From an uncultured Methanosarcinales archaeon (lineage in GTDB: Archaea; Nanobdellota; Nanobdellia; Woesearchaeales; GW2011-AR9), in the NCBI GenBank assembly GCA_964598745.1, contig CAZRCV010000005.1:1-53172 (forward strand): DNA of 53,172 bases, written 5' to 3'. The translations under genes were made by a program, and so were the position numbers. The notes beneath the pieces are model-generated. The model did no database searches. It was not told where the DNA came from and saw nothing but the letters and a program-made list of their open reading frames with translations. This document shows positions 1-9,386 of this stretch, one piece after another (the stretch's first letter is position 1; every line of letters starts with the position of its first letter).

Positions 1-131
1 ACTTACCTTCCACCCTGCCCCCCACAGGGTAAACCTGGAAAGGGCAGTTATTTACCTAAGACTTTCTACAGAGCCCTTTTTACTCCTTCTGTTTGAAATA
101 ATTTTACCACTTGCCCCACAAGATAGAAATA

Positions 132-139
132 TTTATAAA
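132..139 (+). promoter_or_regulatory. Archaeal TATA box (TTTATAAA) with purine-rich BRE upstream of tfb; SD-like AGGTGAT at 198-204
   Basis: GAAATATTTATAAA upstream of the ATG at 216. Confidence 0.6.
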
Positions 140-215
140 CTAATCTTTAATTAACTATATAAGTTTTGCTTATGGACAATAGTAGTTCTGAGGGTATAGG
201 TGATTTAATTAGGCT

Positions 216-1139
216 ATGATGCGTAAATCTATCAAAGAATGCCCGGAATGTTCTAGTCAGAATATTTATCGTAATGTCGAACGAGGTGAAACTATCTGCC
301 GGGAATGCGGATATGTGATAGAAGACCGCATGGTTGATTTCTCACAAGAGTGGCGGGACTTCGAAGATGATGACAGCGGCAGCAAGCGGCGAACTGGAGC
401 GCCATCCTCGCAAACTCAATTTGATCAAGGATTAGGTACGGAAGTTGGCACCACTTCTGATTTTTATAAACTCAGCTCCGACAAAGAAAGAGATAAATTT
501 TTTCGGTTAAGGAAGTGGAACATCAGGATCAGTACTGCTATTGAAAGAAACTTAAAGGTAGCTTTAGCGGAATTGAAACGGGTTTCTTCCTTTTTGCGTT
601 TACCACGCTCAGTAGAAGAAGAAGCTGCCAGAATTTACCGCTTAGCGGTACAGAAAGGCTTAGTTAGGGGAAGATCCATGGAATCAGTAATTGCAGGAGC
701 TTTATATGCAGCCTGCAGGCGCCATGAAGTGCCACGGACATTAGATGAGATGGGAGAAGCCTCTGGCATTGAAAAAAAAGAAATTGGCCGGACTTACCGC
801 TTTGTAACCAGAGAATTAGAAATCAGCATTCGGCCAAGCAATCCAGCTGATTATATTCCTCGGTTTGCTTCAGCCTTAAAGCTAAGCCCAGAGACTCAGT
901 CCAAGTCAGTGGAAATTTTAGAAATGGCCCGGGATATTGAATTAACCTCAGGTAGAGGTCCAACCGGAATTGCCGCAGCAGCATTGTATGTTGCATCATT
1001 AATTCATGGAGAAAAAAGAACACAGCGTGAAGTGGCAGATGTAGCTGGTGTAACTGAAGTAACTATCAGAAATAGATATAAAGAGTTAATCAAAAAATTG
1101 AAATTAACTAAGGACGTAGAGAAGAGCAAGAAGAAATAA
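216..1139 (+). CDS. tfb: Transcription initiation factor IIB (TFB)
   Basis: N-terminal Zn ribbon CPEC...CRECG, EWR/RTGAP B-reader, two cyclin repeats (GRS, GRGPTG), C-terminal VTEVTIRNRYKEL. Confidence 0.98.
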   Translation: MMRKSIKECPECSSQNIYRNVERGETICRECGYVIEDRMVDFSQEWRDFEDDDSGSKRRTGAPSSQTQFDQGLGTEVGTTSDFYKLSSDKERDKFFRLRKWNIRISTAIERNLKVALAELKRVSSFLRLPRSVEEEAARIYRLAVQKGLVRGRSMESVIAGALYAACRRHEVPRTLDEMGEASGIEKKEIGRTYRFVTRELEISIRPSNPADYIPRFASALKLSPETQSKSVEILEMARDIELTSGRGPTGIAAAALYVASLIHGEKRTQREVADVAGVTEVTIRNRYKELIKKLKLTKDVEKSKKK

Positions 1140-1155
1140 ATTTTCATTAAGTCTT

Positions 1156-2235
1156 CTAACTTAACAATTGATATAAGGTATAAGCTAATGAGGACGGTGT
1201 AACTAAACCCACGGAGAATGAAGCTAAGCTCAGTTTACTTTGCTGTTTGTTAAACTGTTTTATTAACTCCGCCAATTTTTTCGGGTCATGTTTAGCTAAT
1301 TCAGCATGTTCAGAAGCTAAGTCAATAATCATTTGATCTTTTACACCATGAGTAAGAAAATATTTTATTTCAGGTACATGATCCCGTCCGCCCAAGAAAT
1401 TTTTATCCATAACAGAACTAGATGCTCTAAGGAATTCTGCCATGTAAGCGGAACGCCTGTGTGTCAGGGGTGGATAACTGGGATTAGAATTTCTATCACA
1501 CAATTCTAATTCAATTGGTGTTGGCAATTTATCCCTAACAGCAATTTCTAAAGGTAAATTTATTTGACCATGGTATTTTTCCAATACCTGTTTCGGATGA
1601 TTCGGTAATTTTTCAAAAGCCACTCGTAAAGGTGTTTTTTCAAATAGGCAACTTGAACTAAGTTGGCTACGTCTACGCTTTTCTCGTAAAACATCAACAC
1701 CAACCCTTAATAAAAAATACAACATAGCTAAGGGTAATGTAGAAACTCTCACTCCCATATTAAAAGCTGTCCTGCTATTTAATAAATCCACATAGACTTT
1801 AGAAACAATGTGGTCATTCATTTCAAAATGAGAACCATATCCATTATTCAAATCATCAAGCTCAAATCGTGATCCAATACATTGCTCGATAGCCCAAGTT
1901 TGGCCTTTAGTCTTGTCAACCAACTCTTTTACGGCCGATCCATAAGCTGTTGTTGAAACACCAGTGGGATGTACTACCCCCCATAAATTATAAACCTGAT
2001 CACCAACTGCAACAGATAAGCAATGAATTTCTTCTGCAGTCCTAGGAATTGGTTTTTGCTTGGCCGCAGCCAATTCTCTATCCTTAATAATTCGCCAATC
2101 CCGACGCAATCTTCTTAAAAAACTTCTTTCGCTAGGAAATTTTAACCCACTGTCAGCATATTTCTCACGCAGTGAAGCGATATTTTCTGCAGCGATAATT
2201 TCATCCAACGGCAAGGGAGTGGCTGTTTCCATCAA
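1156..2235 (-). CDS. Hypothetical protein, probable divergent TraB/PrgY/Tiki-like family member with C-terminal hydrophobic tail
   Basis: Ordered motifs LWGVVH ... WAIEQ ... RRSAYMAEFL ... GGRDHVPEI resemble TraB GxxH / E / R..M / GxxH. Confidence 0.45.
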   Translation of the reverse strand: MMETATPLPLDEIIAAENIASLREKYADSGLKFPSERSFLRRLRRDWRIIKDRELAAAKQKPIPRTAEEIHCLSVAVGDQVYNLWGVVHPTGVSTTAYGSAVKELVDKTKGQTWAIEQCIGSRFELDDLNNGYGSHFEMNDHIVSKVYVDLLNSRTAFNMGVRVSTLPLAMLYFLLRVGVDVLREKRRRSQLSSSCLFEKTPLRVAFEKLPNHPKQVLEKYHGQINLPLEIAVRDKLPTPIELELCDRNSNPSYPPLTHRRSAYMAEFLRASSSVMDKNFLGGRDHVPEIKYFLTHGVKDQMIIDLASEHAELAKHDPKKLAELIKQFNKQQSKLSLASFSVGLVTPSSLAYTLYQLLS

Positions 2236-2277
2236 TTCTTTTTTTAAGATTTAACTTATAAAGGTTTGTTAGAAAAA

Positions 2278-3354
2278 TTATATTTCCAAATGATTAACAT
2301 CTAAAATTTTCCGCTGCAATAATTTATCAGCAAAAACAAACATTTTCTTCCTAACTAGATCAGCTTGCGATTTGCTCCCAAAAAAGCTGTCGGGATAAAA
2401 CACTGGATTGATAACTACCATGGCCCGCAGGGTTAAAAACAAGGGAGCCAAGTGTAAAATTTCCCGATCGCCAGATAATTGTAGATAGTTCTGCCAAAAT
2501 AACTCCCAGCCACGCTTAAGTGCTCCAGAAAATTCCCCGCGTTCTTTAAGAGCATAAAAAATAAAATTTATGCTAAAGGCAGTTAAGTCATCGGCAGGTT
2601 CACCATAGGTCTGCCCTGAACGGTCCAGCAATGTCAACTGGCCATTTTCTTGATACCAAATATTTCCTGGGTGAAAGTCCCCATGCACGTGACAAAGACG
2701 GTTACTGTTAAAACGATAATTTGTCCAAAAAGAGATAGTTTTGCATATCAATTGCTGGAATTCATCAGCAGTAACCCAGCTAAGATTTTGCGGATACATG
2801 TCAATAATAGACATTATGGACGTATTTCCGCCAACCACGCTGCGCAAACTGCGTTTGTACAAACTATCTTTATTCTCGGCTGGTTTTTGTTGATGCAACT
2901 GGTTTAACAGAGTAGATAACTCGATGATCCGCTTTTGGTCCAGTAAAGATAAGTTCTCTTCTTTAGCCATTCTAGAAAAATCAGTAAATAAATTTGTTCC
3001 ATGCGCTTCATCCATCAAAATAAAAAATTCTTTAGCTTTACCCACAGAAATTATCTGGCCATCTTCAGCCACACTTCCTACATCTATGGATTTAACATGA
3101 TGAGGTACTTTATGATAATGCGAATGAGCCAGCAATAACGCTCCGGCTCGGTCAGAAAAATGATCCATTCCCAAGTTGGAAGTAAATAAAGTTTTCAAAA
3201 TCTTGCGCTGCGGCCGACCGTCAACTTTAAAATTGACAGAAAATCCTGTTCCAACGCAGCCGCTGCCTAATTGGGAAATTTTAACATCACTTACTGCCCC
3301 AAAAAATAATGAAGCTAAATAATTGCTTAAAAGTTCTGGTCTTAATTCCAACAT
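2278..3354 (-). CDS. Aminoglycoside phosphotransferase/choline-kinase-like (APH family) kinase
   Basis: LGSGCVG glycine loop, Brenner motif HGDFHPGNI, LLDRS, GEPADD. Confidence 0.85.
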   Translation of the reverse strand: MLELRPELLSNYLASLFFGAVSDVKISQLGSGCVGTGFSVNFKVDGRPQRKILKTLFTSNLGMDHFSDRAGALLLAHSHYHKVPHHVKSIDVGSVAEDGQIISVGKAKEFFILMDEAHGTNLFTDFSRMAKEENLSLLDQKRIIELSTLLNQLHQQKPAENKDSLYKRSLRSVVGGNTSIMSIIDMYPQNLSWVTADEFQQLICKTISFWTNYRFNSNRLCHVHGDFHPGNIWYQENGQLTLLDRSGQTYGEPADDLTAFSINFIFYALKERGEFSGALKRGWELFWQNYLQLSGDREILHLAPLFLTLRAMVVINPVFYPDSFFGSKSQADLVRKKMFVFADKLLQRKILDVNHLEI

Positions 3355-3407
3355 GATTATATTTAACCAAACATAACTTATATAAATATTTAGAAATTCT
3401 AATCGTT

Positions 3408-4697
3408 ATGGCTCAGCCTGGCGATAAGATTAAACTTTCCACTAAAACTGAAATTGTAGAAGGCATGTTAGTGCCATCTCCCAACAAGGAAATAGTGATT
3501 CTCAAATTGTCTAACGGGTATAATGTAGGTTTTCCTAAGCAGGAAATTAAAAAGATGGAATTGGTAGAGAAAAACAAACCTCCTTCGCCAACTACAAAAA
3601 AAGTTAAGTTGAGAAAGAAACTGCCCATCATAGCTATCTTGCATACTGGCGGGACCATTGCTTCCAAAGTTGATTACCAAACTGGCGGTGTTTCTGCTAG
3701 TTTCAAAGCTGAAGATTTCTTGCAGCTGTTTCCTGAATTTGCATCAACAGCTAATGTTAGGACAGTTCATGTAGCCAATTTGATGTCAGAAGATATGCGC
3801 TTTTCTCACTATCAAAAAATTGCTGCTGCCATTGAAGGTGAAATTGCTAACAAAGTAGATGGCATCATCATCGGACATGGAACAGATACCCTAGCTATTA
3901 CTGCCGCAGCTTTGAATTTCATGTTTGACAATTTGCCTGTACCAGTTATTTTGGTTGGCGCACAGCGATCCACTGACCGCGGCAGCAGCGATGCCGGCAT
4001 AAACCTGCTTTGCGCGGCCGAATTCATTACTAAGACTGATTTTGTGGGGGTGGCTATTTGCATGCATGGTTCTTCCAGTGACAATTACTGTAATATTTAT
4101 CCAGCAAGCAAAACTAAAAAACTGCACACTTCCCGCCGCGATGCTTTCCAGGCGGTCAATGATTCAGTAATCGCTACAGTAGATTATAACAGCAAGAAAA
4201 TAACTTTTAACAAGCCTTACTCAAAGCGCAGCGAAGTGACTGGCCAAATGCATTTAAAAGATAATTTTGAAGAAAAAGTGGCAGTAGTTAGAGTTTATCC
4301 CAATATGATGCCAACTTTGATAGAATCTTTAACTAAAGAACAGTATAAAGGGTTAGTGTTGGAAGCCACAGGAATCGGACAAGCGCCGGCTAACATCGAA
4401 GAAAACCTTCTTAACTATCAAGCATTGCAGAAATTCATTAGCCAAGGAGGCACTATCGTTTTGACCTCTCAGTGTATCTTTGGCCGAGTGCATCCAGATA
4501 TTTATGCTAATTGCCGGCGCCTTAAAGAGATCGGCATAATTTTTGGTGAAGATATGCTTACAGAAACTGCTCACGTTAAACTAGCTTGGCTGTTAGGCAA
4601 TTATCCACTAGAAAAAGTGCAGCAACTATTGCCCCTAAATTTAAAGGGGGAAATCAGCGAAGTGCTCAATTTTGAGGAGAGGATTTTAAAAAATTAA
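3408..4697 (+). CDS. gatD: Glu-tRNA(Gln) amidotransferase subunit D
   Basis: KLSNGYNVG N-domain, HTGGTIASKVDY, HGTDT, QRSTDRGSSD, HTSRRDAF. Confidence 0.96.
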   Translation: MAQPGDKIKLSTKTEIVEGMLVPSPNKEIVILKLSNGYNVGFPKQEIKKMELVEKNKPPSPTTKKVKLRKKLPIIAILHTGGTIASKVDYQTGGVSASFKAEDFLQLFPEFASTANVRTVHVANLMSEDMRFSHYQKIAAAIEGEIANKVDGIIIGHGTDTLAITAAALNFMFDNLPVPVILVGAQRSTDRGSSDAGINLLCAAEFITKTDFVGVAICMHGSSSDNYCNIYPASKTKKLHTSRRDAFQAVNDSVIATVDYNSKKITFNKPYSKRSEVTGQMHLKDNFEEKVAVVRVYPNMMPTLIESLTKEQYKGLVLEATGIGQAPANIEENLLNYQALQKFISQGGTIVLTSQCIFGRVHPDIYANCRRLKEIGIIFGEDMLTETAHVKLAWLLGNYPLEKVQQLLPLNLKGEISEVLNFEERILKN

Positions 4698-4778
4698 TTT
4701 ACGAAACCTATATTAAATACAAACCAAATTACAGGCTAGATTAACAGTTTTATAATAATAAAAAAAAGGTGATATGAT

Positions 4779-5054
4779 TTGAAGTTAATGTTGACAACTT
4801 TGGCATTGGTATCATTGCTGCTTGTTTCTTGCACTTCAAGTATACCTACGAAAAAAGTCTGCAGTAGTGATTTAGATTGTGTTCCATCTTCCTGTTGCCA
4901 CGCTACTGATGCTGTTAACAAACAATTTTCCCCCGATTGTCAAAATAAAATTTGCACCTTTGAATGCGTTCCTAACTCTATTGATTGCGGACAGGGAGGG
5001 GTAGCTTGTGTTGATGGCGGCTGCAAGGTAATATTTTATGATCAGTGGGATTAA
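4779..5054 (+). CDS. Small Cys-rich secreted/lipoprotein
   Basis: Hydrophobic signal ending LLVSC followed by eight Cys; AGGTGAT SD upstream. Confidence 0.7.
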   Translation: MKLMLTTLALVSLLLVSCTSSIPTKKVCSSDLDCVPSSCCHATDAVNKQFSPDCQNKICTFECVPNSIDCGQGGVACVDGGCKVIFYDQWD

Positions 5055-5733
5055 AACAGTCATCAGAGATTTTGTTTTTGGAATGGAAGATGGACTAGTC
5101 TCAAACTTAGGATTAGTTTTAGGCGTTTACATTGGCGGCGGTGGCACTTACGCTATTATTCTGTCCGGCATGGCCAGTATGTTAGCCGGCGCTTTCTCCA
5201 TGTCTGCAGGAAGTTATCTCTCAGCTAAATCACAGCGAGAAGTTTACCAACAAGAGATTGCTTCTACCAAAGAAGAGTTAAAACAATCGCCTAAGGCCGC
5301 ACTGCGTGAAATGCGTTCACTGTTGCGCAAAGAAGGTTTCGATCAGGATGAAATTAAAGCCATGGCCCATCATTTTGAAAAACATAATCAATCAACTTTT
5401 GCTATAAATTATATCCAAAAAAAGTTAGGGTTGTCAGAAGAGCGATTCGACCTGCCGCTGCGCAATGCCCTAACCATGTTTTTTTCTTTTCTTATTGGAT
5501 CGTTTTTTCCTATTATTCCTTTTTTAATTTACAGCAATAGCACTGCCGCAGCGGTAGCAACAGTATTGACTATCAGCACTCTCTTTTTAGTTGGCTTGGC
5601 CAAAACTAAGTATACTAAATTAGGTTGGTTCAAATCTGGATTGGAAATAGTATTAATCGGCCTTGGCGCAGCTGTTCTAGGTTATTTTGTAGGATGGTTT
5701 ATTCGGGTTATCTTCTCAGTATATACGGTATAA
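5038..5733 (+). CDS. VIT1/CCC1 family Fe/Mn transporter
   Basis: RDFVFGMEDGLVS, GAFSMSAGSYLS, about five TM segments. Confidence 0.93.
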   Translation: MISGIKTVIRDFVFGMEDGLVSNLGLVLGVYIGGGGTYAIILSGMASMLAGAFSMSAGSYLSAKSQREVYQQEIASTKEELKQSPKAALREMRSLLRKEGFDQDEIKAMAHHFEKHNQSTFAINYIQKKLGLSEERFDLPLRNALTMFFSFLIGSFFPIIPFLIYSNSTAAAVATVLTISTLFLVGLAKTKYTKLGWFKSGLEIVLIGLGAAVLGYFVGWFIRVIFSVYTV

Positions 5734-5778
5734 TTTCTTTAGGCAAAACTTATAATTTTAATCAATAGTTTAGGATTA

Positions 5779-5958
5779 ATGCTAGAAGCTTACATCATTG
5801 ATCAAATCAAAAAACAAGAAGAACAACGTCGAGAGAAAGAAGAAGAACGGTGGAGAATCCATAAGGAAATAGATATCCCAAACCCTGAGCTTGAACCAGA
5901 ACCTGTAACAGAAGATGAAGATAATTGCGATTATAATATAAAGATTTATATGATTTAA
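5779..5958 (+). CDS. Small acidic 59-aa protein (MLEAYIIDQIKKQEEQRREKEEERW...), absent from the ORF track
   Basis: ATG 5779 to TAA 5956-5958, TATA-like TTATAA about 25 nt upstream, fills an otherwise empty gap. Confidence 0.6.
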   Translation: MLEAYIIDQIKKQEEQRREKEEERWRIHKEIDIPNPELEPEPVTEDEDNCDYNIKIYMI

Positions 5959-6054
5959 AGGTCTGTACTGGCTCAGAAATAGCTGCTCCGCAGAATAGTC
6001 GATTTATTGTTAAAGAAGTTATCTTTTTATAAACAGAACAATTAACCTCATTTT

Positions 6055-6603
6055 ATGGACAAATTGCCTCGTTCTTTTTTTGCGCGCAATACCCTTACTG
6101 TAGCCAAAGAATTGGTAGGCAAGATTTTGCAAGTTAATGGAATTAATACCAGAATTGTAGAAACAGAAGCTTACGCTCAGGATCAAGCTTCTCATGCCTA
6201 TCATAAAACAGAGCGCAGCTCGATTATGTTTGATACCTATGGTTATGTGTACATTTATTTAATTTATGGAATGTATTATTGTTTAAATATTACTACTGAT
6301 AAAAGCACAGCCGGCGCGGTTTTAATTAGAGCAGTACAACCACTGTCACAGCTGGAATTGCTTAGAGTTAGGAGAAAAACTAATCTGGTTTACAGCCTTT
6401 GTTCCGGTCCCGGCAAATTGTGCCAGGCCTTAGCCATAACTAAAGAATATAACCATAAGCCTTTAGGAAAAAATATTCGAGTATTTGATGATGGATTCAA
6501 AACAGCAGTTGTCAGCAGCAAAAGAATCGGCATAACCAAATCTGCAGATTTACCATGGAGGTTCTTTATTCCAGGAAATAATTTTGTGAGTAGTTTAAAA
6601 TAA
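6055..6603 (+). CDS. mpg: 3-methyladenine DNA glycosylase (Mpg/AAG family)
   Basis: RIVETEAY, YIYLIYGMYYCLN, AVLIRA, GPGKLCQAL, RIGI..PWRF. Confidence 0.95.
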   Translation: MDKLPRSFFARNTLTVAKELVGKILQVNGINTRIVETEAYAQDQASHAYHKTERSSIMFDTYGYVYIYLIYGMYYCLNITTDKSTAGAVLIRAVQPLSQLELLRVRRKTNLVYSLCSGPGKLCQALAITKEYNHKPLGKNIRVFDDGFKTAVVSSKRIGITKSADLPWRFFIPGNNFVSSLK

Positions 6604-6647
6604 ACTGATGGTAGATAATTAAAAACTAAATAATAAAAATTCTTTCT

Positions 6648-7061
6648 TTAATCCGAAGCCAGTCGCCAAATAGCTTTTAATCCCACAATTACTGCTCCAG
6701 GAACCACAAACACTACAATATTGCTTAAGGACGAACTTAAACAGCCGCCGATTCCGGGAATTAAACTTAAATTAACAATTCCTGATAACATCAAAGCAAT
6801 AGCTGCGACTAGAAATGGAACTGTTTCTTTAGTGGTCAAGTTAAACAAACCAACAATTAAACCGAGAACTACTAATGTAGTTACCAAAGCTACGGGGCTA
6901 ACTACACGATTAGCAGAACAGCTACCATTAAAGATAAGGCTGTACCAACCTCCAGCAAGAATTGCAATAATTAAACCAACAAAGAAAGTATAATGAGCTA
7001 TGCGGTGAACTTCATAATTTTTTTTGCCTAATTGAATCTTAGACGTTTTCTTTTTCTCCAC
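6648..7061 (-). CDS. Small four-TM membrane protein
   Basis: Four hydrophobic segments; GAGGTGAT SD before GTG start. Confidence 0.75.
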   Translation of the reverse strand: MEKKKTSKIQLGKKNYEVHRIAHYTFFVGLIIAILAGGWYSLIFNGSCSANRVVSPVALVTTLVVLGLIVGLFNLTTKETVPFLVAAIALMLSGIVNLSLIPGIGGCLSSSLSNIVVFVVPGAVIVGLKAIWRLASD

Positions 7062-7278
7062 GGTACTATCACCTCTTATTCTCTGAATTAAGAGAATTTA
7101 GTATATAAACCTATCGAATCAAAAGCAAGGAGAATTTTAAGCTTCAAAGGTTAAATCTTTCTAAGTTTATACTGACGACAAGCAAAAGATTTTCAGGTAT
7201 AATGATTAACTATCGATAGATGGATTAAAGTATTTCACAACAAAATAATTTATATAAAATTCTTATTTATTTAAGTCT

Positions 7279-7977
7279 ATGATTATCTCCAAAAACATTG
7301 AGATTGTTAACACTGCCTTGTTGATAAATAAAGAGATCCTGGTAATCAATGATCTGCATCTTGGTTATGAAGAAGCCTTGAGAAAACGAGGAGTATTAGT
7401 GCCAAAGTTTCAGTTGAAAGAAATTTTAACTGTTATGACAAGAATATTAAGCCAAAGCAAACCTAAAAAAATAATTATTAATGGGGACCTTAAACATGAA
7501 TTTGGGTCGGTTTTAAGGCAGGAATGGACTGAGATATCACAATTGCTAGATTTTTTACAAAATTACTGTAAAGAGATAGTGATTATTAAAGGAAACCACG
7601 ACCCCGCCATCCAATCTATCGTAGAAAAACGCAATATTGCTGTAGTAAACAATGTTAGAATTAATGATATTTTGGTGGTGCATGGAGATAAATTAGTCAA
7701 AACCAGCGCTAAAAGAATAATTATTGGCCACGAACACCCTGCAATAACTATTAGGGAAGGCAGCAAATGGGAGAAATATAAGTGCTTCATGAAAGGCTAC
7801 TGGAAGAGAAATAAAGAATTAATAGCTGTGCCTAGCTTTAATCCGTTAATAGAAGGAACTGACATTTTAAGCGAACAACTGTTAAGCCCATTCTTACAAA
7901 ACATTAGAGAATTTACTATTTATATTGTTAATGAAGGAGAAATTTTCAAGTTTGGAAAAGTTAAAGAATTTCTGTAG
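7279..7977 (+). CDS. Calcineurin-like metallophosphoesterase (archaeal ICC/PdeM-like)
   Basis: DLHLG, NGDLKH, GNHD, HGD, GHEHP, PSFN. Confidence 0.9.
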   Translation: MIISKNIEIVNTALLINKEILVINDLHLGYEEALRKRGVLVPKFQLKEILTVMTRILSQSKPKKIIINGDLKHEFGSVLRQEWTEISQLLDFLQNYCKEIVIIKGNHDPAIQSIVEKRNIAVVNNVRINDILVVHGDKLVKTSAKRIIIGHEHPAITIREGSKWEKYKCFMKGYWKRNKELIAVPSFNPLIEGTDILSEQLLSPFLQNIREFTIYIVNEGEIFKFGKVKEFL

Positions 7978-7997
7978 AAAAAATAACTCAAAAGCTT

Positions 7998-8798
7998 TTA
8001 CTTTTGGCATTCCGGACAGTAACTTGTGCCACGGCCTCCGATTTTTGTCTTGAGAACTTTGTGGTTCTTGGGACAAAAATCACGGCCATAAACCGCTAAA
8101 AAATTCTGAAAATTGCCTTTGCCAGTTAAATGAGAAAAATTTTCCACGGTGGTACCATTGTTTTTTATAGCTGCGCGCAAAATACGCTGCATTTCCTCAT
8201 ATAGAACCAGCAGCTCCTTCTCAGAAACCGCATTGATCCGGCGAAGTGGATTGATTCCACTATGGTATAAAGCTTCTTGGGCATAGATATTGCCAATTCC
8301 AGCCAGACAAGATTGATCCAACAATTTCATCTTAAGATTAGCCCCTGGATAAGATTTAATCCTTTTCACAAATTCCTTACTGTTAATTTCTAATGGTTCC
8401 GGTCCAAGATCGGCCAGTTCCTTCTGCAATTGCTGTTTATTAAACAACCTGACTGAGCCAAACCGCCGAATCTCGTTAAAAGTCAATCGAGAATTATCAC
8501 TTAAATCAAAGATTCCAGAAAGATGTTTCTGATAAGAGTTATCTGAAGAGTTAGTATCTTCTATATAATAAAAATGGCCGGTCATACGCAGTTGAATTAA
8601 TAAGTTATTCCCTGAGTCTAAGGTTACAATGATAGATTTACCACGTCTCTCCACAGCTAAAATAGATGAAGGAAGAATGTTAAGTATCCTTTGATCAACG
8701 ACCATTTCATCAAAAATGCGTAAGTTAATAATGGTTTTACCGAGAATTTTGGAACGCAACTGCCGAACTACAGTTTCAACCTCTGGCAGCTCTGGCAT
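7998..8798 (-). CDS. mutM: Formamidopyrimidine-DNA glycosylase (Fpg/MutM)
   Basis: N-terminal MPELPEVE, RRGK, LRMTG, RRFG, LGPEPL, H2TH LLDQ..AGIGNIY, C-terminal Zn finger RGTSYCPECQ. Confidence 0.95.
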   Translation of the reverse strand: MPELPEVETVVRQLRSKILGKTIINLRIFDEMVVDQRILNILPSSILAVERRGKSIIVTLDSGNNLLIQLRMTGHFYYIEDTNSSDNSYQKHLSGIFDLSDNSRLTFNEIRRFGSVRLFNKQQLQKELADLGPEPLEINSKEFVKRIKSYPGANLKMKLLDQSCLAGIGNIYAQEALYHSGINPLRRINAVSEKELLVLYEEMQRILRAAIKNNGTTVENFSHLTGKGNFQNFLAVYGRDFCPKNHKVLKTKIGGRGTSYCPECQK

Positions 8799-8843
8799 TC
8801 TTTCCGGTGCTTCCCATAAAATATATAAACTTTTGTAGTTGTA

Positions 8844-9359
8844 TTGAAAATAATGGATTCTAAAGAGAAAGTTATTGCTATTTTAAGAAAAACGCGCAAA
8901 GCTTTTTTAATAGAATATGGATGCGGTTTTCTGCTGCTGGTATTTCTAATTATTTTAAACGAAAAAGAAATCTATCTAAAAGCTATTTTTTCCAAAGCTA
9001 TCTTTGGATTAGCCGTGTTCTCCATGTTAACAGCGGAATATTCAAGGATCACGCACCGCTACCTCATAACCAGTGATAAAATTAGTTACATCAAAGGCAT
9101 TATTAAACAATCAAGAAAAAACATTTACTTTGCCCCGCTTAGTTTCATCCCCAACATCAACTTAAGGCAGAACAGGATACAGCGATTGCTAGATTATGGC
9201 ACTATTTCTATTTCTGGCATCTCTGGAGAAAGTATGACCAACAGCAGTTTCGAGCTGCGCGACATCAGCAACCCGCATAAAGTCCTGAAAATCATTGAAG
9301 AGTGGATAGATTATCACCGAAACAAAAACTTCGGCGCACAACGACCGGATGTAAAATAA
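8844..9359 (+). CDS. Membrane protein with bacterial PH (bPH_2-like) domain
   Basis: Two TM segments, then Y.IT..I....GII...Q..IQRLLDYGTI.I...DI.NP pattern. Confidence 0.75.
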   Translation: MKIMDSKEKVIAILRKTRKAFLIEYGCGFLLLVFLIILNEKEIYLKAIFSKAIFGLAVFSMLTAEYSRITHRYLITSDKISYIKGIIKQSRKNIYFAPLSFIPNINLRQNRIQRLLDYGTISISGISGESMTNSSFELRDISNPHKVLKIIEEWIDYHRNKNFGAQRPDVK

Positions 9360-9386
9360 GTATAGTATTTTGGTAATTAAATAATC

